From assembly GCA_043810635.1 (NCBI GenBank), contig JBDRNY010000025.1:1-35400 (forward strand): a stretch of 35,400 bases of DNA, written 5' to 3'. This stretch comes from Candidatus Micrarchaeota archaeon. Its GTDB lineage: Archaea > Micrarchaeota > Micrarchaeia > Anstonellales > Anstonellaceae. A model generated the notes under the pieces. That model had not been told where the DNA came from. It searched no databases and was given only the letters and a program-made list of their open reading frames with translations. Made by a program: the position numbers and the translations under genes. Each line of letters starts with the position of its first letter. Positions within the stretch are counted from its first letter, which is position 1. Below, in pieces: positions 16,300 to 26,970 of this stretch.

Positions 16300-17013
16300 T
16301 TACCATTTCTCAGCATGAATATTTTCTTTCCCTACTCCAGCTCCAATCAATTGCCCCGTTATACATTGCACAAACATTTTTGGGCCGCACATATAATAAC
16401 AAGCATCCTTTTGCACAAGGCATTTCACTTTTATCATGCCAATATCAATCCTTCCAATCTCTTCGCACCATCCTGCAGGCGCATCCCCCCTCGTAATTGT
16501 ATATGCTATTTCAAAATTATCATCTTTTTTTGCCATTTCATCCAATTTCTTTTTATATGCAAATTCATTTGCATGCCTTGCAGAATAAAGCAAATAATAT
16601 TTCTTATTATGCTTCACAGAATGCAAATATTCCACCATGCACAAAATCGGAGTTATGCCGCATCCCCCGCCTAAAAATATAATTGGCGTGTCAATTTTTT
16701 CAGGCAATAAAAACATTCCATAAGGCCCGCTTAAGTCAACCACATCCTCCTCTTTCAATTTATTCAGCGCAGTTGTAAATTCCCCGTGCACTTTAATGCC
16801 AAATGAAATTTCCTCTTCATTATGCGGATGGAGGCAGGAATATGAGCGGAAATTATGCTTTATTTCAGAAGGCATGTTGATATTTTTCAATACAAAGAAT
16901 TGCCCTGGTTTATAGGAAGGCACCTTCCCTTCCATTGGCTTGAAAACAAATGTGTATATGCCCTTTCCTTCCTCTTTTTTCCCCGTCAACTTGTATTTCT
17001 TGTATTCTGCCAT
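16300..17013 (-). CDS. Ferredoxin-NAD(P)+ reductase-like FAD/NAD(P)-binding oxidoreductase
   Basis: PGQF, RSYS, GEFT, GPYG, GGCGITP, CGP, C-terminal EKW. Confidence 0.9.
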   Translation of the reverse strand: MAEYKKYKLTGKKEEGKGIYTFVFKPMEGKVPSYKPGQFFVLKNINMPSEIKHNFRSYSCLHPHNEEEISFGIKVHGEFTTALNKLKEEDVVDLSGPYGMFLLPEKIDTPIIFLGGGCGITPILCMVEYLHSVKHNKKYYLLYSARHANEFAYKKKLDEMAKKDDNFEIAYTITRGDAPAGWCEEIGRIDIGMIKVKCLVQKDACYYMCGPKMFVQCITGQLIGAGVGKENIHAEKW

Positions 17014-17149
17014 AATCTCATTTCACCCCTCATAATAAAAAACAGTGCACCCACTTTTACCCCTTAAAAATACCTTTAAAAGGTTTGAACCATCCTATAT
17101 ATTCACTCATCTTAGCCTAGATGATATTACAAATTTAGCTTGTGGTAGC

Positions 17150-17482
17150 ATGGGTAAAGCTCAAAATGAAGAATCCGAATCTTTCCTGAAAGAAGTGCAT
17201 GCTGTTTCTGTTACAGAGGAAAATGCCGACAAATTAATTGCATTGGCAGATGAAAAAGCAAAAAAGATAATTTCAGAAGCGCAGGCGGATGCGGTGCGCA
17301 TAGGCGCACAGGCGTCAAAGGAAGCCGTGGCAGAAAAAAACAAAATAATTTCAAAAGCCAGAAAAAGCGCAGACAGAAAAGTAAAGGCAATTCTCGAGGA
17401 GGCAAACAAAAAAGCAACAATTCTTGCGTCAAAAAAGCTTCGCACATTAACAGCAAGAGATATTGCAGATTCGGTTTTATAG
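17150..17482 (+). CDS. atpH: A-type ATP synthase subunit H (peripheral stalk)
   Basis: 110-aa A/E/K coiled coil, first gene of the operon, upstream of subunit I. Confidence 0.8.
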   Translation: MGKAQNEESESFLKEVHAVSVTEENADKLIALADEKAKKIISEAQADAVRIGAQASKEAVAEKNKIISKARKSADRKVKAILEEANKKATILASKKLRTLTARDIADSVL

Positions 17483-17495
17483 GGGGAATTTGAAT

Positions 17496-19412
17496 ATGCT
17501 AAAGCCTGTCAAAATGCTTAAAGTGAGGATGATAGGCCTTCTTTCTGACATGCAGTCCGCCCTCTCCCTTTGGAGAAGGCTGGGGCTTTTGCAGATTGAA
17601 ACCACTTCTTTTGAAAATCTCCCTCTCAAGGAAGGAAAAACTTTAGATATTTATGATGAAATAAGCGAGCAACTTGTGAAAGTAAGAGCAATAAAAAATG
17701 CATTAAACAAAGTGCCTGTCCCCCCTGCACCGCTCGGCGGAAACACAATTGAATTGGCAAAAGAAATTACGATTGGAAGTTCCATTCTGAAATTAAGAAG
17801 ATTGAAAAAATCCCTTGCAAAAAGGAAAGAGCCGCTTCTTGCCCAAAAAAAACCCATGCAGCGCCTTCTTTCCCTTAATGTTGATTTTTCCTCGCTTCCA
17901 AACAAGCTTAATTATTATTTATTTTCAATAGACAAAAAAATCCTTCCCACACTAAAAAAAGAATGGCCCAAATTTTCAGTCCACTCCCAATGGCTTGAAA
18001 TACCTGACACTGAAAACAAAAAAAATGCAATTGCGTTTGTGGCAGTGCCTGCGGGCATCGACTGCTCAAATGCATTGGAAGGGATGGAAAAAATAGATTT
18101 GCCAAAGCTGCCCGGCACCCCCAGGCAGGCAATATTAAATATTGATTCCGAGCTTGCGGCAATTGATGAAAAATTAAGAAAAATAGATTTTGAATTGCAG
18201 GCTCTTTCTGAAAAATACTGCCCCTTATGCTCCCGCCTTGAAGAATCCCTCTCGCTCGACGCCCAGCTTGCGCGCGAATCAACAAAATTTGCAAATTCAA
18301 AGCAGGCGTTTTATGCAACAGGCTGGATAAAAGAAAAAGATTTTACAAAATTTGAAAGCACTACAAAAAAATTCCTAAACGGAAATATTGCAATAGCAGA
18401 AATTCCTCACAGCGAGCACCTAAACAAAGGCTGCCCCACAGTATTGGAAAACCCAAGAATTGCCCAGCCATTCCAATTTTTAGTGGAATTTCTTTCGGTT
18501 CCAAAGCCAAATGAAATAGACCCATCAATAATCCTTCTTTTCACAATACCAATAGTATATGGATTGATTGTCGGGGATGCGGGCTATGCAGTAATCAGCC
18601 TTATCATGGCAGCCATAATCAATTCAAAAGTAGCAAAAGGCGGCATGATGGACAATTTCACAAAAATATGGATGATTGGCGCAATACCTTCATTTATATT
18701 CGGAGTGATGTTTGATGAATATTTTGGCTACACCCATGAAGCAATATTAGGCAGTTCTTATTACACAGCATTTTTGCACCGCACAGGGGATGTGCAAGGC
18801 CTTATTCTTCTTACAATTGTTGTGGGATGGGTAAGCATTGCGTTCGGCTTCCTGCTTGGGGCAATAAATGAATGGAACCATTCCAGAAAGCATGCAATAG
18901 CAAAGCTTTCCTGGATTTTGGTGCAGGCTGGAGGCACCATGCTTGTATCCACTTTCCTTCTCAATGCAACAGGAACCGATATTGGGATGGCGGGCGCGGC
19001 AATATTTGTTGCAGGGGCAATATTGCTTGCAGCCACTGAAGGTGTGATGGGGCTTGTGGAAATTCCTTCCCTTGCATCCAATATAATGTCATATATCCGT
19101 ATTGCGGCAGTCGGCATTGCAGGCGTAATATTGGCAGAGGCAATAAACAGCATGCTTGCCCCAGACTTTGCGTCCATGGCAAGCATTGAAGGAATGATTA
19201 TATTCATATTTATAGCAATAATATATGTAGTAGCCCATGCGATTAATGCATTTATTGCAATGTTTGAGAGCTTTATTCACGGCTCGAGGCTGTCTGTAAT
19301 AGAATTTTTCGGAAAATTCTTCCACGGAGGGGGAACCCGGTTCAATCCATTTATTCTCAAAAGAAAATATACATTAGACACTAATATTCAACAAGATATT
19401 AAAGAGGTGTAA
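17496..19412 (+). CDS. atpI: A-type ATP synthase subunit I (a)
   Basis: MLKPVKMLK, GWI, PTVLENP, EIDP, GDAGY, SYIRIAA (essential Arg), HGSRL..IEFFGKFF.GGG. Confidence 0.95.
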   Translation: MLKPVKMLKVRMIGLLSDMQSALSLWRRLGLLQIETTSFENLPLKEGKTLDIYDEISEQLVKVRAIKNALNKVPVPPAPLGGNTIELAKEITIGSSILKLRRLKKSLAKRKEPLLAQKKPMQRLLSLNVDFSSLPNKLNYYLFSIDKKILPTLKKEWPKFSVHSQWLEIPDTENKKNAIAFVAVPAGIDCSNALEGMEKIDLPKLPGTPRQAILNIDSELAAIDEKLRKIDFELQALSEKYCPLCSRLEESLSLDAQLARESTKFANSKQAFYATGWIKEKDFTKFESTTKKFLNGNIAIAEIPHSEHLNKGCPTVLENPRIAQPFQFLVEFLSVPKPNEIDPSIILLFTIPIVYGLIVGDAGYAVISLIMAAIINSKVAKGGMMDNFTKIWMIGAIPSFIFGVMFDEYFGYTHEAILGSSYYTAFLHRTGDVQGLILLTIVVGWVSIAFGFLLGAINEWNHSRKHAIAKLSWILVQAGGTMLVSTFLLNATGTDIGMAGAAIFVAGAILLAATEGVMGLVEIPSLASNIMSYIRIAAVGIAGVILAEAINSMLAPDFASMASIEGMIIFIFIAIIYVVAHAINAFIAMFESFIHGSRLSVIEFFGKFFHGGGTRFNPFILKRKYTLDTNIQQDIKEV

Positions 19413-19416
19413 ACAT

Positions 19417-19680
19417 ATGGCAGAACCAGCAATAAGTTTGTTTCTGGAAACAGAAGGAGCATTGGCAATTGCCGCAGGCATTGCCATGGCAGGAGGCGCT
19501 CTTGCAACAGCATGGGCGCAGGCATCCATTGGCTCAGCAATTATGGGCGTGGTTGCAGAAAGGCCTGAAGAGATGATGAAGCTTTTAATCTATATGGCCC
19601 TGCCTGAATTGCTCGTGCTTCTGGGATTCGTAGTTGCATATCTCATGCTGGACAAGGTTGGCGTGCCTGCAGCACACTAA
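19417..19680 (+). CDS. atpK: A-type ATP synthase subunit K (c), single hairpin
   Basis: Two TM helices, AERP loop, Q35, ion-binding E64 (LPEL). Confidence 0.93.
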   Translation: MAEPAISLFLETEGALAIAAGIAMAGGALATAWAQASIGSAIMGVVAERPEEMMKLLIYMALPELLVLLGFVVAYLMLDKVGVPAAH

Positions 19681-19710
19681 TCTTCCAGCCAAAAAGCAAG
19701 GAGTGAAACC

Positions 19711-20376
19711 ATGGGTCTAGAGAATTTATGCCGCGAAATCGAGCAGAATGCAAAGGCTCGCGCAGCCGAATTGCTATCCGACGCAAGAAAGCAGGCAAAA
19801 AAAATAGTAAAAGAAGCTGAGGATGGGGCAGAAAGCAAAATAATTGCCGCAAAAAAAGATGCCACCCAGTTTTCAAAAGCAGAAACCAGCGAGCGCATAA
19901 CATCTGCCCAGCTTGAAGCGCAGAAAATAATTTCTGATGCAAAAGAAGAGGCGGTAAGGAAAAATGTGCAGCTTGTATGGGAAGAATTTTCCCAGGCAAG
20001 AAAGCGCCCCGGATATGCAAAAAAATTAAGAAGATGGGCCGAGCTTGCAATTGAAGAGCTTTCCTCTCCGGGAGCAGTATTGCGATGCGCATCAGAAGAC
20101 AAAACCATCCTTACTTCTGCAGGATTTAAGGTGGGAAAGCCGATTGAATGCGCCGGAGGAGTGCGGGCTGAAACCAAAGACAACAAAATAATTGTTGACT
20201 ATACTTTGGAAGCCCAGTTTGAGCAAAAAAAAGAGAAAATTGTGAAAATTGTGCATTCAAAGCTTTTCACAGGCACTGACGAATTTATTATGCCTGTTTC
20301 CAAACCCTCCCGCTCTGCGAAAAAAAGAAAGCGCAGAAAAGGGAAGAAAAAAAGGAGAGGTAAAAGAGGTAAATAA
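19711..20376 (+). CDS. atpE: A-type ATP synthase subunit E with polybasic C-terminal tail
   Basis: MGLE start, coiled coil, GGV...DYTLE motif; operon position. Confidence 0.9.
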   Translation: MGLENLCREIEQNAKARAAELLSDARKQAKKIVKEAEDGAESKIIAAKKDATQFSKAETSERITSAQLEAQKIISDAKEEAVRKNVQLVWEEFSQARKRPGYAKKLRRWAELAIEELSSPGAVLRCASEDKTILTSAGFKVGKPIECAGGVRAETKDNKIIVDYTLEAQFEQKKEKIVKIVHSKLFTGTDEFIMPVSKPSRSAKKRKRRKGKKKRRGKRGK

Positions 20377-20378
20377 AA

Positions 20379-21512
20379 ATGTCTTTGCTTCGCTCAATTT
20401 CCTCGCTGTTTTCATTCCGCCCCCTTGTATATGGCTATGCCAACGCAAGAGCCCACGGCATGTTTTCAGAATTTCTTTCAGGCGCGCAGATGAATGAAAT
20501 GATATCCCGCCGCACAGTCCAATCTTTGACAGAATCCCTTCAGCGCACCCCTTACAAGCAGGATATTGTAGACCTTTCTTTGAGATTTAAAGAAGAGGAA
20601 TTAATCGAGCTTGCATTAGGAAAGAATTTTGCCCGCTTTGCAAAAAAGCTTCTTGAAATAACGCCCATCCAAGACAGGGATGTTATAAAAGCAATTTTGG
20701 CAAGATGGGACGCCCACAATATAAAAGCAATAATACTTGCAAAAAAGCAGAAAAAAACATATGAGCAAATAGCCCCTTTCCTTGTATTAGCTGGCACTCT
20801 TACAAGAGAAAAATTAAAGCCGATGCTTGAAGCCCAAACATCCGAGGAATTTTATTCCCTTCTCCGCGCAACAGAATTTGGCGCCGGCCTTCTTTCAATG
20901 CCTTCCTCTTACACAGACAGCTCGGTAAAAGAAATGATTCTTTCAATGGGAAAAGGCGATGCAGCGCTCGAGCCTATTTTGGGCGCGCTAGATGCTTATG
21001 CATACCACCTTGTAGCAGATGTATCCTTTGCTTCTGAAAAAGATATGAAAACAGTGAGTTCACTCCTCTCCAGAATTGCGTATAGAAAAAACCTAAGCAC
21101 AGTGCTCCGCCTCACCGCGGCAGGAGCTTCTCCGGAGCAAATAAAACATTATATTGTGCCCGGCGGAAAATTCACAGCAAGGCAATGGGTAAGCATGGCA
21201 GCATCCCAAAATATTGAGCAAATAATGCAAAAACTCTCCCGCCAGCTCCCGGTTGCCACTGCAATGGAAGAATACAAAAAAACCAAAAAACTCTCTTCAA
21301 TTGAAGTTGCGGTTTCCCAGGAAAATGCAAAAAAAAGCTTGAAGCAATTCAGGTATGCACAGCTTTCCCTCGGTATAATAGTCGGAGCACTTTTGTTCAA
21401 AGAGCAGGAAGTTTCCAACATACGCAAAATAGTGAGGGGGAAAGCTCTTGGATTGCATGAAGATGAAATAAAGAAAATGATGGTAATGGTGAAAAGCGAG
21501 CGGGCAAGCTAA
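20379..21512 (+). CDS. atpC: A-type ATP synthase subunit C
   Basis: YGYANAR, WDAHNIK, KEQEVSNIRKIVRGK. Confidence 0.92.
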   Translation: MSLLRSISSLFSFRPLVYGYANARAHGMFSEFLSGAQMNEMISRRTVQSLTESLQRTPYKQDIVDLSLRFKEEELIELALGKNFARFAKKLLEITPIQDRDVIKAILARWDAHNIKAIILAKKQKKTYEQIAPFLVLAGTLTREKLKPMLEAQTSEEFYSLLRATEFGAGLLSMPSSYTDSSVKEMILSMGKGDAALEPILGALDAYAYHLVADVSFASEKDMKTVSSLLSRIAYRKNLSTVLRLTAAGASPEQIKHYIVPGGKFTARQWVSMAASQNIEQIMQKLSRQLPVATAMEEYKKTKKLSSIEVAVSQENAKKSLKQFRYAQLSLGIIVGALLFKEQEVSNIRKIVRGKALGLHEDEIKKMMVMVKSERAS

Positions 21513-21590
21513 TAGTTTGTGTTTATGGTGTTGGTGAAAAAAACGAGAAAGCGAACGAGCATGAAAGAATTATGATATTGGTGAAGAAAA

Positions 21591-21932
21591 ATGTCAAATG
21601 AATTATGCAATATTGCGGCAATAGGCGATGATTCCCTTCTTTCGGGATTCAAGTTAGCGGGAGTGCGCAATTTGCATTATGCAACAAATCCAAAAGAAGA
21701 GGAAGAAACCCTTGTCAAATTAATGAAGCAGAAAGATGTTGGAATAATAATAATAAGCGAGCAATTGCTTGAAGAAATTGACTTGAGATTGAAAAGAAAA
21801 GTGGAAGACGCTGCAAAGCCTGTTGTAATTGCAGTGCCCGGCCGCTCCGGGCCTATGGAGCAGACCGAATCCTTGGCAAAACTAATCAAGCGCGCGCTTG
21901 GGTTTGACATAATGGGCAAAGAAAAAAAATAA
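21591..21932 (+). CDS. atpF: A-type ATP synthase subunit F
   Basis: IAAIGD...GFKLAGV, DVGIIII, PVVIAVP, IKRALGFD. Confidence 0.93.
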   Translation: MSNELCNIAAIGDDSLLSGFKLAGVRNLHYATNPKEEEETLVKLMKQKDVGIIIISEQLLEEIDLRLKRKVEDAAKPVVIAVPGRSGPMEQTESLAKLIKRALGFDIMGKEKK

Positions 21933-21950
21933 TGTTTATTCGAGGTGCTG

Positions 21951-24900
21951 ATGATGGGAAAATTAGTGAAAATATCCGGGCCTGTTGTTGAAGCTGAAGA
22001 AATGACAGACGCTTCAATGTATGATGTTGTAAAAGTGGGTAATGCAAAGCTTACAGGGGAAATTATCAGGATTATCGGGGATGTTGCAACCATCCAGGTG
22101 TATGAAGACACTTCAGGCATAAAGCCTGGCGAGCCCGTGCATTCAACCGGCCAGCCCCTTTCAGTAGAGCTCGGCCCCGGCCTTCTTACAACTTTTTATG
22201 ACGGAATTCAGCGCCCTTTGGAAGGAATTGCAGAAAAATCCAAAAGCCCATTTATTCCAAGGGGAATAAGCGTTCCTGCAATTGACAGAAAAAAGAAATG
22301 GGATTTCACCCCTGTTGCAAAGCCCGGGCAAAAATTAAAAAAAGGAGATATTATAGGCACTGTGCAGGAAACAGAATTAATATTGCACAAAATTCTTTCA
22401 CCATGCGACGGCACTTTGCTTTCTGTTAAAAAAGGAAAATTCACTGTTGTGGAAGATGTTGCAACAATTGAAACTTCTTCAGGAAAAAAGAATGTGCAAA
22501 TGCTTACAACCTGCAATGTAAGAAAAGCAAGGGAAGTGCAGGAAAAGCTTGACCCCACCATTCCGCTCATCACCGGCCAGCGTGTAGTTGATACATTCTT
22601 TCCGATTGCAAAAGGAGGCACATGCGCAATTCCAGGGCCTTTTGGAAGCGGCAAGTGCGTTTCAGGAGACACACCTGTTCTGATGGCTGACGGCTCCCTT
22701 AAAACAATGGAACAGCTTTATGAATGGAGTTTGCAAAACGGAAACAGCGATTGCGGAATTATGGAAGAATATATATCCCTTAAAAATCCCGTATCTACTT
22801 TTTCATTTGATTCTGAAAAAATAGAGAATTCCTCTTCACTCACTTTCTATAGGGGGGTAAGCGATTCATTAATCAGGGTAAAAACCCGTTCAGGAAGAAC
22901 TGTTAAAGTAACGCCCGTCCACAAGCTTTTCAAAATTGATGAGAAAGGAGAAATTATTGAAACCCAGGCAAAACAGCTTAAGAAAGGGGATTTTATCACT
23001 TCCATAAGAAAAGTAAATTGCGAAAATAAAAATTCCAAGCTGGATGTTTATTCACTAAAAGATGCAAGAACAACAGATAACTCCATAAGGGAAGATATTT
23101 CAGAAAATTTACGAAAGGCAAAGAAGCTGAAAATAGCAATTGACCTCCCGCAAACAACAATTGATTCCTTAATTTTCAAACAAGTAACCCCAAAATTAAA
23201 ATGGATTAAGGAGATTTATTCAAAACTGGGGCTTCAATTGCCAATTCCAAAAAAATTGAGGGGAGACAGGAGAGGCTCGGAAATTGCAATTCCTTCAGAA
23301 ATTACCCCCGATTTATCAGAATTTTTCGGATTTTTTGTTTCAGAAGGATATGTGCGTTCTGGCAGAATTCTTGTTTTCACAAATTCAGACGAAAAACTCC
23401 TCCAGAGGTTTGCACAGCTTGCAAAATCCCTTTTCAATATTGATTCAAGAACAGAATTGCAAAAAAACAAAACACCCAGCATCCTCCTTCCAAGCAAAAT
23501 TCTTGCAGACTTTGTTGAATTGCTAAATGTTGGAAAAAATGCGCACACAAAAAGAATCCCCGCAGAAATTCTCAACTCAAGCAATGAATGCATGTCCAGC
23601 TTCCTAAAAAGCTATTTCCTCGGAGACGGCTCTTTTTACGAAGGCGACATCGAGCTTTCAACAGCCAGCAAAGAGCTTCAATTGCAGCTTTCTTATGCGC
23701 TTACCCGCTTAGGCATATTGCACTCTCTTTCAAATAAAAAAGACAGAAATCGGATTTTCATAAGGGGAAAGGAAAATCTTGCCAGTTTCTCCCAATCAGT
23801 TGGAAGCAACCATAAGAAACTACTGGCAATTCCGGACTATCTTCATTCAACCAAAACAAGCTATACTGCAAAAGATGTTGTCCCGCTTTCACCTTCAGCA
23901 ATAAATTCGCTTTACAGAAACTCAGATGTAACCTACAAGGAATTGAAGGAAAACGGGATAGAAATACATAATTACATTGGAAATAAGGAGAAAATGAGCG
24001 CAAAAACTTTCAAAAAATTTGTACAGGCAGCCTGCTCCTGTTCCGGCGGGCGCGTGCAGCAATTGCAGTTGCAAGCAATCTACAAGCTTGCCTTGGCTCT
24101 TGAATACATTTTCTGTGATGAAATTGCTTCAATAGAAGAGATAAGCGGTCCGTTTGATGTCTATGACATTTCAATTCCAGGAATGGGAAATTTTGTAGGC
24201 GGATTCGGAGGCATTCTCCTCCATAATACTGTTGCACAGCACCAGTTTGCAAAATGGTCTGACACCCAAATTGTAGTTTATATCGGATGCGGTGAAAGGG
24301 GAAATGAAATGACAGATGTATTGTCAGAATTTCCCCACCTTATTGACCCAAAAACAGGCAAGCCATTGATGCAGCGCACAGTATTAATTGCAAACACATC
24401 AAACATGCCTGTAGCAGCAAGAGAAGCATCCATTTACACAGGGATTACAATTGCAGAATATTACAGAGATATGGGCTATGATGTTTCTTTAATGGCAGAT
24501 TCCACTTCAAGATGGGCAGAAGCTATGAGAGAAATTGGAGGAAGATTGGAAGAAATGCCCGGAGAGGAAGGATACCCTGCCTACCTTGCCCGCCGCCTTG
24601 CAGAATTTTATGAGCGCGCAGGAAGGGTGCGATGCCTCGGAACAGACGAGCGCTATGGCTCTGTAACAATTATCGGCGCAGTCTCCCCTCCGGGAGGAGA
24701 TATTAACGAACCGGTTTCTCAAAACACCTTGCGTGTTACAAAAGTATTTTTGGCATTAGAAGCATCGCTTGCCCAAAGAAGGCACTTTCCCGCCTTCCAC
24801 TGGCTCCACTCCTACTCTCTTTACGGAGACATTCTTGACAAATGGTTTACACAAAACATTTCATCTGATTGGGTGTCTTCAAGAAAAAAAGCAATGGCTC

Positions 24901-25271
24901 TTTTGCAAAAAGAGGCTGAATTGCAGGAAGTTGTGCAATTAGTAGGCCCTGATGCATTGCCTGAAAAAGAGCAGGTTATTTTGGCGGTTACAAAAATGAT
25001 TCGCGAAGACTTTCTGGGCCAATCTGCATTCCATGAAATCGACACATTCGCCTCCCTCAAAAAGCAATACTTTATGCTAAGAAATATTTTGCGCTTTCAC
25101 AAGCGCGCAACCAGCGTGGTTGATTTGGGAGTTCCTCTCAAAAAAATATTGTCAGTCGGAGTTAAGGAAAAGATTGCAAGAATGAAAGAAACTTCTGAAG
25201 ACAAGCTTTCTGCGCTCGAGAATCTGTATAATGAAATAGATTCTGAGTTTGATTTGCTTGGCAAGAAATAA
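21951..25271 (+). CDS. atpA: A-type ATP synthase subunit A precursor (contains intein; spliced product ~582 aa)
   Basis: [60 protein letters not shown]. Confidence 0.97.
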   Translation: MMGKLVKISGPVVEAEEMTDASMYDVVKVGNAKLTGEIIRIIGDVATIQVYEDTSGIKPGEPVHSTGQPLSVELGPGLLTTFYDGIQRPLEGIAEKSKSPFIPRGISVPAIDRKKKWDFTPVAKPGQKLKKGDIIGTVQETELILHKILSPCDGTLLSVKKGKFTVVEDVATIETSSGKKNVQMLTTCNVRKAREVQEKLDPTIPLITGQRVVDTFFPIAKGGTCAIPGPFGSGKCVSGDTPVLMADGSLKTMEQLYEWSLQNGNSDCGIMEEYISLKNPVSTFSFDSEKIENSSSLTFYRGVSDSLIRVKTRSGRTVKVTPVHKLFKIDEKGEIIETQAKQLKKGDFITSIRKVNCENKNSKLDVYSLKDARTTDNSIREDISENLRKAKKLKIAIDLPQTTIDSLIFKQVTPKLKWIKEIYSKLGLQLPIPKKLRGDRRGSEIAIPSEITPDLSEFFGFFVSEGYVRSGRILVFTNSDEKLLQRFAQLAKSLFNIDSRTELQKNKTPSILLPSKILADFVELLNVGKNAHTKRIPAEILNSSNECMSSFLKSYFLGDGSFYEGDIELSTASKELQLQLSYALTRLGILHSLSNKKDRNRIFIRGKENLASFSQSVGSNHKKLLAIPDYLHSTKTSYTAKDVVPLSPSAINSLYRNSDVTYKELKENGIEIHNYIGNKEKMSAKTFKKFVQAACSCSGGRVQQLQLQAIYKLALALEYIFCDEIASIEEISGPFDVYDISIPGMGNFVGGFGGILLHNTVAQHQFAKWSDTQIVVYIGCGERGNEMTDVLSEFPHLIDPKTGKPLMQRTVLIANTSNMPVAAREASIYTGITIAEYYRDMGYDVSLMADSTSRWAEAMREIGGRLEEMPGEEGYPAYLARRLAEFYERAGRVRCLGTDERYGSVTIIGAVSPPGGDINEPVSQNTLRVTKVFLALEASLAQRRHFPAFHWLHSYSLYGDILDKWFTQNISSDWVSSRKKAMALLQKEAELQEVVQLVGPDALPEKEQVILAVTKMIREDFLGQSAFHEIDTFASLKKQYFMLRNILRFHKRATSVVDLGVPLKKILSVGVKEKIARMKETSEDKLSALENLYNEIDSEFDLLGKK
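22656..24227 (+). mobile_element. Intein (524 aa) with LAGLIDADG homing endonuclease in the AtpA P-loop
   Basis: Starts CVSGDT after GPFGSGK; block [15 protein letters not shown] and [11 protein letters not shown]; ends LLHN followed by Thr. Confidence 0.96.
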
Positions 25272-25282
25272 TGGTGGTGTTG

Positions 25283-26776
25283 ATGAGAGAATACAAAACA
25301 ATAACAAAAATCGCAGGCCCTCTTGTGTTTGTATCTGATGTGCAAAATGTCGGATACAACGAGCTTGTTGAAGTGACTCTTCCATCAAAGGAAAAGCGAC
25401 TTGGGCAAGTGTTAGAATCTTCCAAGGGATTGGCGGTTGTGCAAATTTTCGGCCCTACTGCAGGAATCAACATATCTGGCACAAAAGTAAAATTTCTCGG
25501 CGAAACAATCAAATTAGGAGTATCTGTTGACATGCTTGGCAGGGTATTTGACGGCATGGGCAGGCCCCGTGACAAAGGGCCTAAAATAACTGCAGAAAAA
25601 AGGCTTGATATAAACGGAGAGCCTCTTAATCCATATTCCCGAGACTATCCAAAAGATTTTATCCAGACAGGAATATCAACAATCGATGGTTTGAATACAC
25701 TTATCCGCGGCCAAAAACTCCCAATTTTCTCAGGTTCAGGTTTGCCCCACAACTCTCTTGCAGTGCAAATTGCGCGGCAGGCAAAAGTAGTTTCAAAGCA
25801 AAAAGAGCCTTTTGCGGTTGTTTTTGCCGCAGTGGGAATTACACATGAAGAAGCATCATTTTTCATGAGAGATTTCAAAAAAACAGGCGCTCTTGAGCGT
25901 GCTGTATTGTTCTTAAATTTGGCAGACGACCCGTCGGTTGAGCGTCTCATCACTCCCCGCCTTGCCCTTACTACAGCAGAATTTCTTGCATATGAAAAAG
26001 ACATGCATGTGCTTGTCATTATTACAGACATGACAAATTATTGCGAAGCATTGCGTGAAATTTCTGCAGCAAGGGAAGAAGTGCCCGGAAGAAGGGGCTA
26101 TCCCGGATATATGTACACCGACTTATCTACAATTTACGAGCGTGCCGGAAGGGTAAAAGGAAAAAAAGGCACAGTCACACAATTTTCAATCCTCACTTTG
26201 CCCGGAGATGACATTACCCATCCAATTCCTGATTTGACAGGCTATATTACAGAAGGGCAAATTGTATTGGGAAGGGATATTCACAGAAAAGGCATTTACC
26301 CCCCTGTTGATGTTTTGCCCTGCCTTTCTCGGCTTATGAGTTCTAACATCGGCCCGAATAAAACAAGGGAAGACCATAAGGGAGTTGCAGACCAGCTTTA
26401 TGCTGCCTATGCAACAGGAAGGGATTTGCGCTCGCTTTCAGCTGTGGTTGGTGCAGAAGCTCTTTCAGAAACAGACAGGAAATATCTGGAATTTGCAGAT
26501 GCGTTTGAAGACAAATTCATCCGCCAGTCGCATGATGAAAACCGCTCCCTTGAGCAAACACTTGATTTGGGATGGGAATTGCTTTCAACGTTTCCAGAAT
26601 CCGAGCTTACAAGGGTAAAAAAAGCGCATATTGAAAAATACGGAAAAAAATACCGGAAAATGCATGAGGAAAAGCCTGCAGAAGGGGAAGCCCCTGCTGG
26701 AAAAAAGGATGATTATGCAGATATTGAGGAAAAAGTGGATGAAAAATTAAGGCATGAGGACGAAAACGAAGATTAG
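25283..26776 (+). CDS. atpB: A-type ATP synthase subunit B with acidic C-terminal tail
   Basis: [66 protein letters not shown]. Confidence 0.97.
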   Translation: MREYKTITKIAGPLVFVSDVQNVGYNELVEVTLPSKEKRLGQVLESSKGLAVVQIFGPTAGINISGTKVKFLGETIKLGVSVDMLGRVFDGMGRPRDKGPKITAEKRLDINGEPLNPYSRDYPKDFIQTGISTIDGLNTLIRGQKLPIFSGSGLPHNSLAVQIARQAKVVSKQKEPFAVVFAAVGITHEEASFFMRDFKKTGALERAVLFLNLADDPSVERLITPRLALTTAEFLAYEKDMHVLVIITDMTNYCEALREISAAREEVPGRRGYPGYMYTDLSTIYERAGRVKGKKGTVTQFSILTLPGDDITHPIPDLTGYITEGQIVLGRDIHRKGIYPPVDVLPCLSRLMSSNIGPNKTREDHKGVADQLYAAYATGRDLRSLSAVVGAEALSETDRKYLEFADAFEDKFIRQSHDENRSLEQTLDLGWELLSTFPESELTRVKKAHIEKYGKKYRKMHEEKPAEGEAPAGKKDDYADIEEKVDEKLRHEDENED

Positions 26777-26793
26777 GCAGAAAAATAAGCAAG

Positions 26794-26947
26794 GGCGAGC
26801 AAGCCGAAAAAAATGAAAAAAAATAAAAGATGGCGAGCAAGCCGAAAAAAAGATGAAAAAATAATTTGGAAGAAAATGAGGCGGAAAAGCCGAGGAAGAA
26901 AATAAAATTGGAAGAAAATGAGGCAAGCAAGCCGAAAAAAATGAAAA
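26794..26947 (+). repeat. Imperfect tandem repeats in the atpB-atpD gap
   Basis: GGC(G/A)AGCAAGCCGAAAAAAA(G)ATGAAAA starts at ~26794, ~26832 and ~26922; TTGGAAGAAAATGAGGC at 26866 and 26908. Confidence 0.8.
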
Positions 26948-26970
26948 TGGATATGTAGGTTGATGTAATT

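Noticed and set aside
26854..26856. In-frame TGA as recoding or an alternative genetic code
   Set aside because: TGA is a normal stop elsewhere (trkH, paralog A, the DUF6516-like gene), and the context is a slippage-prone A-run.
26777..26970. Possible CRISPR mini-array
   Set aside because: Units are degenerate and A-rich, the intervening sequences are short and themselves repeated, and no cas genes are present.
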